Shown in pieces: positions 13,601 to 24,258 of a stretch of 64,000 nucleotides of DNA; position 1 is the stretch's first letter; each line of letters starts with the position of its first letter. Source of the stretch: Schmidtea polychroa (Eukaryota). The position numbers and the translations under genes are program-made. Under the pieces are notes generated by a model. That model did no database searches, was not told the DNA's origin, and was given only the letters and a program-made list of their open reading frames with translations. The stretch lies in the NCBI GenBank assembly GCA_044892525.1, contig CM097886.1, positions 27,218,001-27,282,000 of the forward strand, in the 5' to 3' direction.

Positions 13601-14097
13601 CACTTTGTTCTTTGCTGCATTTTATCTATCATATCCTTATCGAAATTGTAATCAACATTCTTCGAGTAACTATCATTTTTTCCATAAAACCTCATCCTTG
13701 CGTAAAGCTTATGTTGTATATCTGTCTGTAAAAGCCCGATCCCATCAATCATATGAAGAATTGCTGAAATGTTCAATACTATAAAGATACAATGACACAA
13801 ATAAATTGGTCGTATAAATTTCCATAGAAGTCTCCTCGCTTTGATATTAATAAAAAGTCCAAAAAGAAGCATTGAGGCTATAGCCAAAAGAAAGCAGTCA
13901 AGACTGACACAAGTCATACATGACAAAAGGGTATCATAATATTGCAGCTTCAGGTATGCAGCGAATTCATAATTCATTGGCATTAGGGGCAAATGAAGAA
14001 TTAGTAAAAATCCACTAAATAATATCAGACAACCTGAAAAAGCTAATCCACAGTAAATTATTAAAGTCTGTCTAACAACATCCACTTTGATAGCCAT
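10633..14097 (-). CDS. Intronless fusion ORF, 1154 aa: peripherin/ROM1-like tetraspanin (about aa 1-290) + DCST1/DCST2-family DC-STAMP protein with C-terminal C4C4 RING-like domain
   Basis: N-terminal part: four hydrophobic segments and an EC2 with IDKMQQRTKCCGVTGPTDWFNIKWVS, APLSCC, EGC (PRPH2-like). C-terminal part: FRTVAILLIPNLGMKAGRAF..GPLACIAGNIQAVMLSLHC, DIDYDNKYITNYFQLIDKQR..LLPLKSYE, YFYPKRERQRIVHLYN, and CLIC..CPEDFSQFCPDC..CLVC, all DCST1/sneaky-family motifs. One uninterrupted frame. Confidence 0.92.
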   Translation of the reverse strand: MAIKVDVVRQTLIIYCGLAFSGCLILFSGFLLILHLPLMPMNYEFAAYLKLQYYDTLLSCMTCVSLDCFLLAIASMLLFGLFINIKARRLLWKFIRPIYLCHCIFIVLNISAILHMIDGIGLLQTDIQHKLYARMRFYGKNDSYSKNVDYNFDKDMIDKMQQRTKCCGVTGPTDWFNIKWVSLVDYYELANFKYLNQPGLVALAPLSCCDRAKTIICPKHDPSALKRYYNEGCRFRLTENIIFRALTTEIVLSVLLLMLQISIIIIFHLISTSIKTMIQGIYGENIGIASFTSYIPTRHLELQSRGTPLQVPPTKENQFNQMKRRTQIEKTNLIGKVIEGTPYLRHVKEIYATTFIQKLLKTYFPIVERAIFDEDPPYTVVVFRFFAKAFIGSQIANLFLTAFSTAIEGQSQVSTTLVDVIYYTTYVSFTFAFIKSTKFRTVAILLIPNLGMKAGRAFLMAELARITAVGPLACIAGNIQAVMLSLHCSMGVALNISKDIQRIAINPMQRLLINTIESSNKLKQSTLEVYNASKPINNEIDNSANQSKQIRAAIPNGNLTREINLKNKFSKLLHKLDRSEQRKFQQKTQKLRSQYKELEEQFKKSMVVIDEYKDVFSNKSSLISSQMRTKMFSGCSSIELMKTQICQKTIGTACQTMQNLIMGSLNLGFSLKDMCYSEIDSDSSCNVQKALEKSQKCANEQEAANTKDGFGGMHQGTKSGVAAMNEIFDFNVTWMFTRKKFNINGDAVLHGTAVLTFTLSDTVVLLVDLIILVLVVLKILLMLVIFRSFSYCKKYLVDIDYDNKYITNYFQLIDKQRKLVNRTSLLPLKSYERKKVLFNQNFYTSEEISKVIRDFIKITAIFLSLFTTFLVAEVFYTALDVIRDVSLIKLTIKGDEFFNITASGDGFIKYLIDTVLEEVKALGGFNITYSLADCAPDIRQVSDFHKRLFMITSIIIYILTLSNGYLARSRHVICGYFYPKRERQRIVHLYNTLLLGRQRYMRSKKNIIIFKVQQNRLEAEYSFLLSLRRDYPYFFNWVKVFSKYRCLICEDLEKEGFFVCPEDFSQFCPDCFEDIGKSCLVCFMTKLKIQQDNVSNYFEARYAFDSGQSDFSTSGNEDSDVDKIREVIGWTRHPLEVFQEDIQIYKSAMKDVKT

Positions 14098-14409
14098 TAT
14101 ATAAATAAATAATTAAAATAATTAATATAAATAATGAGAATAATTAATAAACATATTGATAACATTATATCTGCAATTATTTTACTACAGAAAAATGTCA
14201 TTGGACCCCTACACCAGCCTAAAAGACAAAGATCTACATCCGACAGTTCTTGTGGATAATTCGTTTGAAATCAGATTTTTTGAAACTACAACAATTTCTT
14301 GGTGTCATGAAGACTTCCTATGTAATGGTATTGATAGAATTTTTGTTGCACTATTTCAATGAACTAAATTTTAATATGGATTTTAATAAATAAAACACAT
14401 GGTCATCGT

Positions 14410-14660
14410 CAGTGTTGAAGTGGAGACGGTGTCACCGGGAGTGAAACACTGACTGGGATTTCCATGCTGGTACTTTGCACTGGTGACAAAAAATTCCAAT
14501 TTAGTAATAATAAAGTATTGGTATAATATTGCTGATAATATTGCTTTTTTATGTATTTTAAATTACTTGGTGGGGGTAGGGGTGTTGTGGTGTGTCACCG
14601 GTTAAAATTAACAATTTAAAATTCCTAGAACATATAAAAAAGTTTACGACTTCATCACTG
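14410..14660. mobile_element. hAT-type MITE (251 bp)
   Basis: 12-bp TIR CAGTGTTGAAGT vs CAGTGATGAAGT. Perfect 8-bp TSD GTCATCGT (14402-14409 and 14661-14668). Confidence 0.92.
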
Positions 14661-16329
14661 GTCATCGTTTTGAATAATTAAATAGGGAGACTTCATTTGA
14701 AGCTTATAAATGAATAAAATTGCAGTTAAGGTTTGTTTATATAAAAATGTAAAAATCATTTCATATTACAGGCATCAGTAGAGATAGAACAGTTAGATAT
14801 AACGAATTTTAAGAGAACTGTTGAGTTTAATTACAATCTGACTACGTTCTTTTTTAAACATAAGAATATTCAACACAATATAATTTTACTTTCAACAAAA
14901 TAACTTCAAAATTTATAGGGTTGTGAAAATTGCCTTACTTTTGCCTATATGACTACTAGTGAATTTACATATAGGGTTCATTGTCACAGCTCAACTCTAA
15001 CAGTTATGGCTTCAATTAAAAAACATTTTGACCAAACGACATATGTCTCAAGTGAATTTGGTACTGTGCATCTTGGGTGGAGCCCCATGAACCCCGATAC
15101 CTGCAAAAATTTGCATCCTGTGGGTTCAGGATACAGATAATACTTAAACGAATACTGTGTAATGAGTACCCACTCAATCTTTACACACTTTCATAACCGT
15201 TGCACTATTTAAAGTATTTGCTAATCGTACTGTAACACCTAAAACACTCACTTAAACATTTTCCAATTTGTTTCCCAACACGAATTTAGTGTAATTTTGA
15301 CCTCAGTATACCTTTTCAACCCACCGTCCACATTTATATTGTTTAAAAATTCCTACCAATCGTTAATTACTCTTGATTTCCTTCACACAACTTTATTCGG
15401 AAATTCAGAATTCTTTAAATTTTAATTGTAATCTAATGCACCTACCTCAAAAAATTTCCAATTGGTAAAATCTTATTTTTGATTATCACCAATCTATCAT
15501 TATATTTTTTTAGATAAACCTTTGCCTGCTGCATCAACTGGGGTGGCCAGCAAGAGGTGAATGTGCTATTACCGCACTGGTAATGCTCTGGTGCGCCGTA
15601 GGTTCACATACTACAGATAAAAATGTCCAAAATTCGATTACTTGTTTTACAGTATTGTTGATGATTCAGCAGAATTCTTGGCTACTTTCGGTTGACCCAC
15701 GCGCACCTTATACACCTAAAAATACGCTCCTTCTGTTCGGGTTACAACGCTTTTTACCACAGGGCTGCAACACCAAACAATATAAAATATAATCGATTTC
15801 AAGAGGAAAATCAGATGATCCACTACGGCATATTGCTAGTTTCTAGTTCCCTTCGGCGCTGTTTGACGGCCGGTGCTCTGACGATGGACTCCATTACCCA
15901 CAGCTCTGTTTCTAACAAGAACACGCAAGCAACATTGAGTTCTGGCTTGCGTTTAACAGTCATCCGTGGAATCTTAACATTTGAAAAACTAAATTCTGGG
16001 TGTATGGTTTAATACTAATTAATTATATAGTATTGAAGTTCTTAAAGTTCCACTGGAAATGAAAATTGTGGAAATTCACAATAAAACTTTAATCATAGAT
16101 GTCGAATACGGTATCTCCAAAAATCATACAACATTACCATTGACAATATTCATTATGGATCATTACGGAATGACCACTAAGCCGGATTGGGATTTAAGAA
16201 AAAATAACTCAAGTGTGATGCAATCGGCATCTGCTTCCATCAATTTTTCAACCAACTGTTACACGTGGAATTCATAACCACTTAAACATTTTGTTATTAT
16301 TTGAGCTAAACGGTCATGATATTTTTACG

Positions 16330-17335
16330 ATCTATGGGAACTCAGAAAAGAAAACGGAAGTAAAAAGAAATGAGAAATGAGAAAGAGGAAGGAAAAAAAA
16401 GAAATTAAACAAGAAAATAAAAACCAAGGTCAGTACTAATTAATTAGTACAAAAAGGAAAAGGAATTTTGAAATCGGAAAAAAAAGGAAAACAACAATAT
16501 TTTTATCTCGACAGCTTGGCAGTGATAACGTAATTGCCGGGAGAAGGCAGGTGAATAAAAAAGGATAAAGGGAAACTATCTTGACAGCCGTCAGAGATAA
16601 AAATGGAATAGTCGGGGAAGGCAGGAGAAAGAAAGTGGAAAAACACTTGATTATCTTGAGTGCCACAATTAAGCAAGCTATATAAAGAGAAACTAGCGAA
16701 GACAAAATTAGACAAAATTAGAGACAAAGAGTGACGCGGAACTGAGACGAAAACCGGAGAGGCAAAATTAGACAAAAGTGAGACAAAAAGTGACGCGAAA
16801 TTGAGACGATTTGAGAGACAATTTCTGAGACAATACTTGAGACAATTATAGAGAAAATTTGAGAGACAAAATTATAAGAGAAAAATTAGACAACGTCGAA
16901 AGAAATGTTATTGGAGAAACGATTTGTGGAATAGAATTGTAAAGAAAATTATTGTGAAGAATAATTATTGGGGAAGATTTGAAGAAAAGAATTAGTTAAA
17001 AATTAAACGAAAGAAGTTACTTGAGTATTTGAATAAATTTGTGAAGAAGGTCAAAGAAAACAACCAGCTCAAAGTCCCAGTTGATAAACCAATCAGTAAT
17101 TTGTGATCTTTTAATCCGGTGTTATACGCAAGTGCTATTCCTCACTGAGTGTTGTAAGAAGCATTGTGTAGTCATTAAGCAGAGTGTTGAATTGATTGTT
17201 AGTGTACAGTGAAAGTTTAATTGTGATTATCAATAAAGATTTCTGTTGTCAAGTGTTATTTGTGGATCGTATAAAGACACGTTTGGCGTTAGATTAACAT
17301 TTAAATTTATCACAAACCCAATAACCCTACTGAAT
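16330..17335 (+). mobile_element. Probable Gypsy-type LTR (boundaries approximate)
   Basis: The 3' end AAACCCAATAACCCTAC resembles the reverse complement of the LTR end at 4506. Purine-rich body with short GAGACAA repeats and an AATAAA near 17231. Confidence 0.5.
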
Positions 17336-17454
17336 GAAAAAAGTGCACTGATGTATGTGCTGATGGTACACATGTAATAATAGGCTGCCGTTATCGTGTT
17401 TTCACCAAAATTAAGAATGTATGTAAAAATAATAAAACAAGAGGGAAATAATCA

Positions 17455-18620
17455 GAGCCAGAACCCAGCTAATTGAAGGCCTATTGCAATTATGTTTACC
17501 AACTTTAGAATATTCATGAAAATCATGAACAAAAGGCTGCTCCAACGGCTTTTAGAACACAGATTAAAAATAGAATAGCAGAAGTAGGTGATTATAGCCA
17601 TAGGATGCGATGAGAACAACTATACCTTTTAACTCAAAAGGAAAAATCAAGCATGAAAAGATACGATAATCAGTAATGTCATTTCGTTTTTTATAGATCT
17701 TGCGGATGCCATTGGAAGCATACCTCACGAAGTAATTTGACATACACTCGAAGGAAATGGACTAAACAAAAAACGATAAAGCTATTTCAAGAATTCTAAA
17801 AAGATTGCTTCACCATCTACCAGAGTGGAAGCACAACATCAAGCGAAATCAAGCAAGTTAGAGGTGTAAAGCAAGGATGCCCACTGTTCATGACTATCTT
17901 TAGCCTCTGTATAGAATATCTAATACGAGCAATAATCAACCGCAACAACAAAATACAACTGGCAGAAGAAAAGATAAGTATATTAACATAAGTGGACGAT
18001 CTAGACTTAATGAGTCCAAAACACCACCTAATACTGGAAATGCTGGATATATAAGTGGAACAAACTAAACTAGCACAGCTACCCTCCAAGACCGGAGAAA
18101 TGGAAATATTAAAGAAATAAATTATTTGATGTTGGGTGGGAAAGCATTATCTTCATCAACAAATAAAAAATTAAGCATATCAACGAAGATAACCTTTATA
18201 CTTATTTTGGTGTATTAATTGGTCACATAACAAAGAACGACCAAAAGCGAGAAATATATTTCAACCACTGCTCAGAACCCAACAAAAAATTGAAGCATAC
18301 AACATTTATTGCCATGCAAAATTTATCTTCATTTTACATACCGAAGAAATAGCTAAAGTTCATGCTGAAAAATGTGACCACAAAATAATAATGATGATAA
18401 AGGATTGAAAAGTTCTCGACCTAATCCATAAAAGCACCGTTATGGACGCTGTCATATACGCACTTAGTGCAAAGAGAGGTTTGGGAGTTCATCAGAATGA
18501 AAAACAAAATACTGATTATAGACATCAAATATTCAAGATCAAAAACTGTAACAAAGACAAAATCTGGCTCAAGATTTTCAAGAAGAAACCAGCTTACGCA
18601 CAACAGTATATAGTATATAC
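17455..18620 (+). pseudogene. Degraded reverse transcriptase of an RLE-type (R2/R4/NeSL-like) non-LTR retrotransposon
   Basis: Frameshifted and stop-containing motifs NPAN*RPIAI, VKQGCPL, FSLCIEYLIR and (Y>*)VDDL; AKRGLG follows downstream. Confidence 0.8.
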
Positions 18621-18624
18621 TGTT

Positions 18625-19126
18625 AAGCATAATTAATATGTAAGGAAATATAAAGTAGTGAGCTACTATATGGAGCAATGAATTATCTAGTGTGTCATTT
18701 TTACGATGCTGACACAATAACCGTAACACTTTATTGCTTTCATTTGGGGAAGCCACAGTAATTTTCGTAGGTCTTCTACGACCCTTTTTCGATCGTTTTA
18801 GCCTTGTTCACTTGATATTCTTAGTCTCTGGAATCCAATTTATATAGTATATACATTCGAAGTATGCTCACTGGGTACCTGGGTTAAAAGGAACAATGAA
18901 ATTCCAATTAAATTGGATTCCAGAGACTAAGAATATCAAGTGAACAAGGCTAAAACGATCGAAAAAGGGTCGTAGAAGACCTACGAAAATTACTGTGGCT
19001 TCCCCAAATGAAAGCAATAAAGTGTTACGGTTATTGTGTCAGCATCGTAAAAATGACACACTAGATAATTCATTGCTCCATATAGTAGCTCACTACTTTA
19101 TATTTCCTTACATATTAATTATGCTT
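18625..19126. repeat. Near-perfect inverted repeat: arms 18625-18840 and 18910-19126, 69-bp spacer
   Basis: The arms are reverse complements apart from one 1-nt indel that I found. The left arm is bracketed by a 14-bp direct repeat TATATAGTATATAC (18607-18620 and 18841-18854). Confidence 0.95.
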
Positions 19127-19519
19127 TTTCACATTTTTGTTAATAAATATTTTTACTAATGGGGAGGGTGGTTACGATAAACATTAAGTTATTATAAATA
19201 AAATTAAGATATAATAAAAAGTGAGTTGCTATAATAAATTTATTTACCATTCAAAATAGACATAAACATTTAAAACCTTAAAATTGAAGTTTTTAATTTT
19301 TATCGTTAACCCCCAATACTTAAACACTACCGTTAAAATGATGCAATTTGATAATTTTAGGTGTTGGAAGAGGCTCAACTAGAATCTTGTAGAAAATGAA
19401 TAAAAAATATTGATCTATAGTTAAAAAATTGAGAATAAAGATTTTCTTATAAATTGTAATTATTTTGAAATATTTTTGATTTTGAATTAGTTTATTCTTT
19501 GTTTGTTTAATATTTAAAA

Positions 19520-20465
19520 ATGCAAGACTTCGAATTTAAAGATTTTGAGAATTTAATAAATGAACCGATTGACAAAGTTAATCATAAAAGAGAATCTTGT
19601 GGGGACTGCAAGTACGCCATTTTTTGAAAATTATTTCTTAAAATTAACGTAGGAGACCTACTAAAGTATGTTGGTGTAAATATTTACCTAAAAGTAAACT
19701 AAATATTGACACAAAAATAACGATTTTACAGCATCCATATGAGGTATTGTTAATTTTGATAGAAATTATAATTACGAAACAAACTTTATTTGCTATTTAT
19801 TAATTTTAACGTACTCGTAACATATTGTCGGTAAATAGCTTTCTGTAAAGCACGTTTATTTTTCAAAATTTTACTAATATATAATTTAAATATTCACTAT
19901 TTTTTAGGAAAATCGAAGAATCCAGACAGCAATAATATTACAATTAGCTATTAATAGTGATAATATAGTTGTTTTGAAAGGTCGAAATTTCAGTGCTATT
20001 AAGTAATTTATTTTAGTTCGTGGCTTACCCCTTTTTAGATATCCAGAATTAATAAATGAAGTGAAGAATACTTCTGTTGCAGTGTTATATCCATCTAAAG
20101 AGGCAGTTCCGCTGGACCAAATTGATTTTAAACCACACAATTTAATAATTCTAGACGGTACATGGTCACAAGCGAAAGGAATTTATCTAAGAAATAAATG
20201 GTTGCATGATCTACCTAAAGTAATGATCCCGTCGTCAGCAGATGAAGTATTTCAAAGACGTAGTGAATTTGTAATTCGTACCCAACCGAACAGTAATTGT
20301 ATCAGTACTGTAGAAGCAGTTGGAAAAGCTCTTTTGTGTTTGGAAGAAGAAAATAAATTTAACATAGAAAGCTATGAAGGATTGATTGCGCCGTTGCGAT
20401 TCATGTGCCAAATTCAATTGAATCACGGGGCAGTTTGCCATGATGCGAAGTCAGTTAATTTATAA
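19520..20465 (+). CDS. DTWD2: DTW domain-containing protein 2 (tRNA-uridine aminocarboxypropyltransferase); exons 19520-19611, 19653-19743, 19908-20002, 20039-20465; 234 aa
   Basis: The spliced frame gives CGDCKRPTKVCWC..ILQHPYEENRR..LYP..LIILDGTWSQAK..VIRTQPNSNCISTVEA..PLRFMCQIQLNHGA, which is DTWD2-like and includes the DGTW motif. All introns are GT..AG and the total CDS is 705 nt, in frame. Confidence 0.93.
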
Positions 20466-20776
20466 TTAAATATAACAAATTTGTCTTTATTTATTTGAAA
20501 TATTTGAAAAATAGGTTTAACTCTTTAATTTAAATGCCGTAGTAAAAATCAATTGTAAAACAAACAGCTGATAAAGTTTAGAATTTAGATTTAAGTAAAA
20601 ATAATTCGTTGGCTTTTTCGAATCTTTAGTCTCGATTAATCGAGAGTTATAACGTTCATTCCTTCCACTTTAGCGATATATCATTACAAATTAGGGAATT
20701 ATCGATTTTTGAAAATTTATTATTGTTTTTGTTAAAAGTTTTTCTAAATTCATAAAACTTCAATACTTAGCAGTGC

Positions 20777-20790
20777 GTTACCATAGCAAC
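20777..20790. promoter_or_regulatory. RFX X-box motif
   Basis: GTTACCATAGCAAC is an exact fit to the X-box consensus GTYNCY-AT-RGNAAC. No target gene identified. Confidence 0.55.
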
Positions 20791-21166
20791 TGCGTCTACT
20801 TGTAAACGATTTTAATTTATTTTTGTATTAATTATATGTCAAACAAGCTTTGCAGCAAGTTTCAAATTTATTAAAAACACAAAATGAGAATTTCCCTTTT
20901 AAATCTGTCTAAGAAAATATTTTGATTTATCTGCATGCTGATTGGATCCTTGTAATTTTAAAATAATTTTAGTTTAGTTTTTTACATTTTTTTGTTGAAA
21001 TTTCTGTAATCGCTGTGGAAATATTGTGCCAGGTTTAACGTTTCTATTCTGCTTCTATGATTATAAATGAATTTTTTGCACTATTGTCAACCGGAAATCA
21101 TTCCCGCAATTTCACTTGGTTTCTTTTCGGAATTGATTATTGGTTGTTTAGATTCGATGAATATGT

Positions 21167-21991
21167 CAACGGTGGGCAAATGCGGCTCTTAGAGCCGCAT
21201 GCGGCTCTTCGTTGAGTAAACTGCGGCTCATTGATAATTGAATTCTTGATAATCGAATTCGATTTTTTATTTTGAAATTTTTCACTAAATGTTTTGAGAA
21301 GAAAAAGTAAACGAATACAGTGAAAAATTGGAAGAATTGCAAGCGGATTTCAAATGTAGGTTTGAAGATTTGAAAAGTTATAAATCTACATTTGCATTTT
21401 TTGTGAACCCATTTATTTGTGATATTATTGAAGATGGATTTCCAATTTCTGAAGTAATACTTGTTAAAAAAGCGGTTGGGGAATTGGAGTTATTAGATAT
21501 GAAAGAGGACCAGGCTTTGCAAATGCACCATAAAGTTACTTCTATAATTGAATTTTGGAAACTCGTACCAGAGGCAAAATATCCACACTTAAAACAAGCT
21601 GCTTGCCGTCTAATTTCAATTTTTGGTACAACATATTGTTGTGAATCTTTGTACTCCACAATGAAGTTCGTAAAGTCGAAATATCGTTCACAGTTGACCA
21701 ATCAGCATCTTACAGAATTGCTGCGAACAGCTTTAACAAAGTATACACCAAATTTCAAAGATTTGACCAAAAGTCTTCGTTAATTCAAGAAATTTTATTA
21801 CTTTTTATTAATGGATTTTTATGTTTGTTACTTAATGTTTGAAATAATTATTTTGTTTTTTTTTAATAGCGTTTAAGTCTCTTTAATCAAATTAATGAAA
21901 TAAAAAAAAATATGTACTTTACTATGGTGGCTCTGTAAAAAATAAATTTTCGGAAAATGGCTCTTATTGAACCCATGCGTGCCCACCCTCG
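21167..21991 (+). mobile_element. Non-autonomous hAT deletion derivative (825 bp) retaining the transposase C-terminal dimerisation domain, copy A
   Basis: TIRs CAACGGTGGGCA and TGCCCACCCTCG; TSD GAATATGT/GCATATGT (7 of 8 match). ORF 21328-21783 (FWK..YPHLKQAACRLISIFGTTYCCESLYSTMKFVKSKYRSQLT). Near-identical to 30935-31759. Confidence 0.92.
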
Positions 21992-22139
21992 GCATATGTC
22001 AATAAAATGGTTTCGGATTCTCATTATGCACTGGTTGCTTATATAAGAAAAATATTAAAATTTACCAATTTCTACAAAACCTAAATTTCTTTTCAATCTC
22101 ACAATATTTACTTCAATAAAGATCTTTTTAAGTTGTATG

Positions 22140-22440
22140 TGTCACGCCGGGTTCACCAAATTGTCGGTTTTTTATCAAATCGATAACTACTATCTGACTC
22201 CGAGCGTTTTTTATTTAACGACAATAAAAGNNNNNNNNNNNNNNNNNNNNNNNNNNNNNNNNNNNNNNNNNNNNNNNNNNNNNNNNNNNNNNNNNNNNNN
22301 NNNNNNNNNNNNNNNNNNNNNNNNNNNNNNNNNNNNNNNNNNNNNNNNNNNNNNNNNNNNNNNNNNNNNNNNNNTCCCGCCGAGTATACAGAACAAAATA
22401 TAAAAGTCAATCATTCACACCCTTAAATACAAAACGTATG
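22140..22440 (-). mobile_element. LTR fragment spanning an assembly gap
   Basis: TGTCACG terminus plus the shared CTGACTCC motif at about 22195; interrupted by Ns. Confidence 0.45.
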
Positions 22441-22619
22441 TAGAAGAATAAATAAGATCATTGAGCCCTTTTTTGTGAAATGATGACTTATTTGCATCAA
22501 TTTTTCGATTCAGAAATAATAAACATTTTCCAGAATATTTCGAACAGCTGCATTTTTCAAATCTTGAGACTGATTATAAACAAAAGATTTAAAATGAAAT
22601 AAATTAATGTTAAAATACT

Positions 22620-22693
22620 TTTTGACTGCGGCCCCATTTGGAGGCGACAAAATTCAATGTGGCCTATGGAAATAAAAAGGTTCCCCACCCCTG
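22620..22693 (-). mobile_element. Isolated hAT terminus
   Basis: The reverse complement reads CAGGGGTGGGGAACCTTTT.., a typical hAT TIR, with a subterminal GCGGCCC. No partner end found. Confidence 0.55.
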
Positions 22694-23144
22694 GGCTAGG
22701 ATTAGGATCGTGACAAAATGTGTCCGCACACAACGCGAATGTCCAGCATTAAGTTTGCTTAAACTGAAACATAAAAACATCAAGTAAACCATAATAATAA
22801 AAAGAACACACAAAATTTAAAACATTAAATAAAAATAAAATAATAATAACCCAGCATAAAACCTTACTCAAATATAACCCAAAAACATAAAATAACCAAA
22901 AACAAATTCGAATAAAGGCGAATTGGAAAAAAATGAAAGTCAAATTTCATACTTAAAGAAAATTATAGCAAAATTTCAACTGAAAACCCAGAACAACCCA
23001 TAAAAATGGCGAAATCCATCATGGCCACCAAACGACCCAATAAAATTTATAAATAAAATAAATATTTTAGTTTAAAATATAAAAATTTTAGAAAAGAAAG
23101 TTTCACTAAAAACAATTAAAAATTAAGAATTAGATTAAATTTAG

Positions 23145-23375
23145 CCCTTTAAATACGATTTTTTTATTTTAATAATTAATAGCAACATTTAGACTGACAA
23201 AATTTTATAGAAAAGAAAAAAGCAGACAGCAAACAGCAACAAAGCAGACAGGTTCGGACATGTTTAAGAGCATATGACCGTACAGTACTAAAATCCCAGA
23301 TTTGTAAGAATTTAAATTATTTTAGTAATTATTAGAAATTCTCTGGGGCAATATGCCCCTTCAGGATTGAAAGGG
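23145..23375. mobile_element. Degenerate piggyBac-like MITE
   Basis: Ends CCCTTTAAATAC and GGATTGAAAGGG, flanked by TTAG and TTAA (a TTAA-like target). Confidence 0.45.
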
Positions 23376-23639
23376 TTAACATGGAATGTTCTTGAAATTA
23401 TTAAGACAAAATCGCCTTCAAAATTGATAAAAATTAAAAATCGAATGTTACCGAATTAAAATTATTCGAATTTGTTTTACTGGACTAATCCATGCACACG
23501 AACTCACACACAAAAAATATCCCATCCTCTTTTTTGTTTGTATATGGCTCCAACTAACTCCTCTACTTGTGGAGCCCTGTTGTTTGGGTACATCCTACTA
23601 AAATTATCTTCATTTGTCTTTACGCATGATTCTTTTTCC

Positions 23640-24258
23640 TCTGCTTCCTCGATTCCATTAACCCGACTGTATTTGGTTCCTTTTGGTCTTGTTTCTCATT
23701 CGTTTTTTTGTAACTCGACTTTGTATAACATTCTTCAGATCTATGATCAGTTCTGTTGCATCTTTTACACCATATCTCTTAACATAACCTTCTTATATGA
23801 CCTTCTTTCCCACAACAAAAACATGACACTTTTTTATTCCTACTTATATGTCCGCTTCTGTGATACGTCCAGCACTCTATCTTACTTCTTACTGGGCAGT
23901 CTATTTCCGTGTGGCCTATTTCGTGGCATAGCCAGCACTCTGGTTCTTCTCATCGCCTGACTTCTTCTCTTTTATCTTTCTGCTTGTACTGTCCTCTTCT
24001 CTGTGGATCCTGATAGACCACTCTTGCGTAACTTTTAATAGCGTTTATCTGATCGCTCTGTTTGTCCACTTTATCCATCGGAATTAATGTTTCCTTCATC
24101 TCCTCTGTACTTTTTATCTTCCGCAATATTACTTCTTTCTCAACTTCTTTATTCTCAGCACATACTATCAAAATCTTTGCTGTTATTTTCTCTTTGGTGA
24201 ATTCTTTATTCTCAAACAACTTGTCGAGAAGGTCCACTTTTTTAAAATATGTTATCAT
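23640..24258 (-). pseudogene. Gypsy gag C-terminal fragment with four zinc-knuckle-like motifs
   Basis: Minus-strand frame reads ECWLCHEIGHTEIDC..ECWTYHRSGHISR..CFCCGKEGHIRRLC*..CKRCNRTDHRSEEC. Confidence 0.8.

Noticed and set aside
14156-14362. Short plus-strand ORF divergent from the fusion gene
   Set aside because: No recognisable homology or partner exons.
21378-21701. Antisense ORFs in the hAT derivative (also 31225-31548)
   Set aside because: Shadow frames opposite the transposase fragment.
23472-23960. 162-aa plus-strand ORF
   Set aside because: Antisense shadow of the gag zinc-knuckle region.
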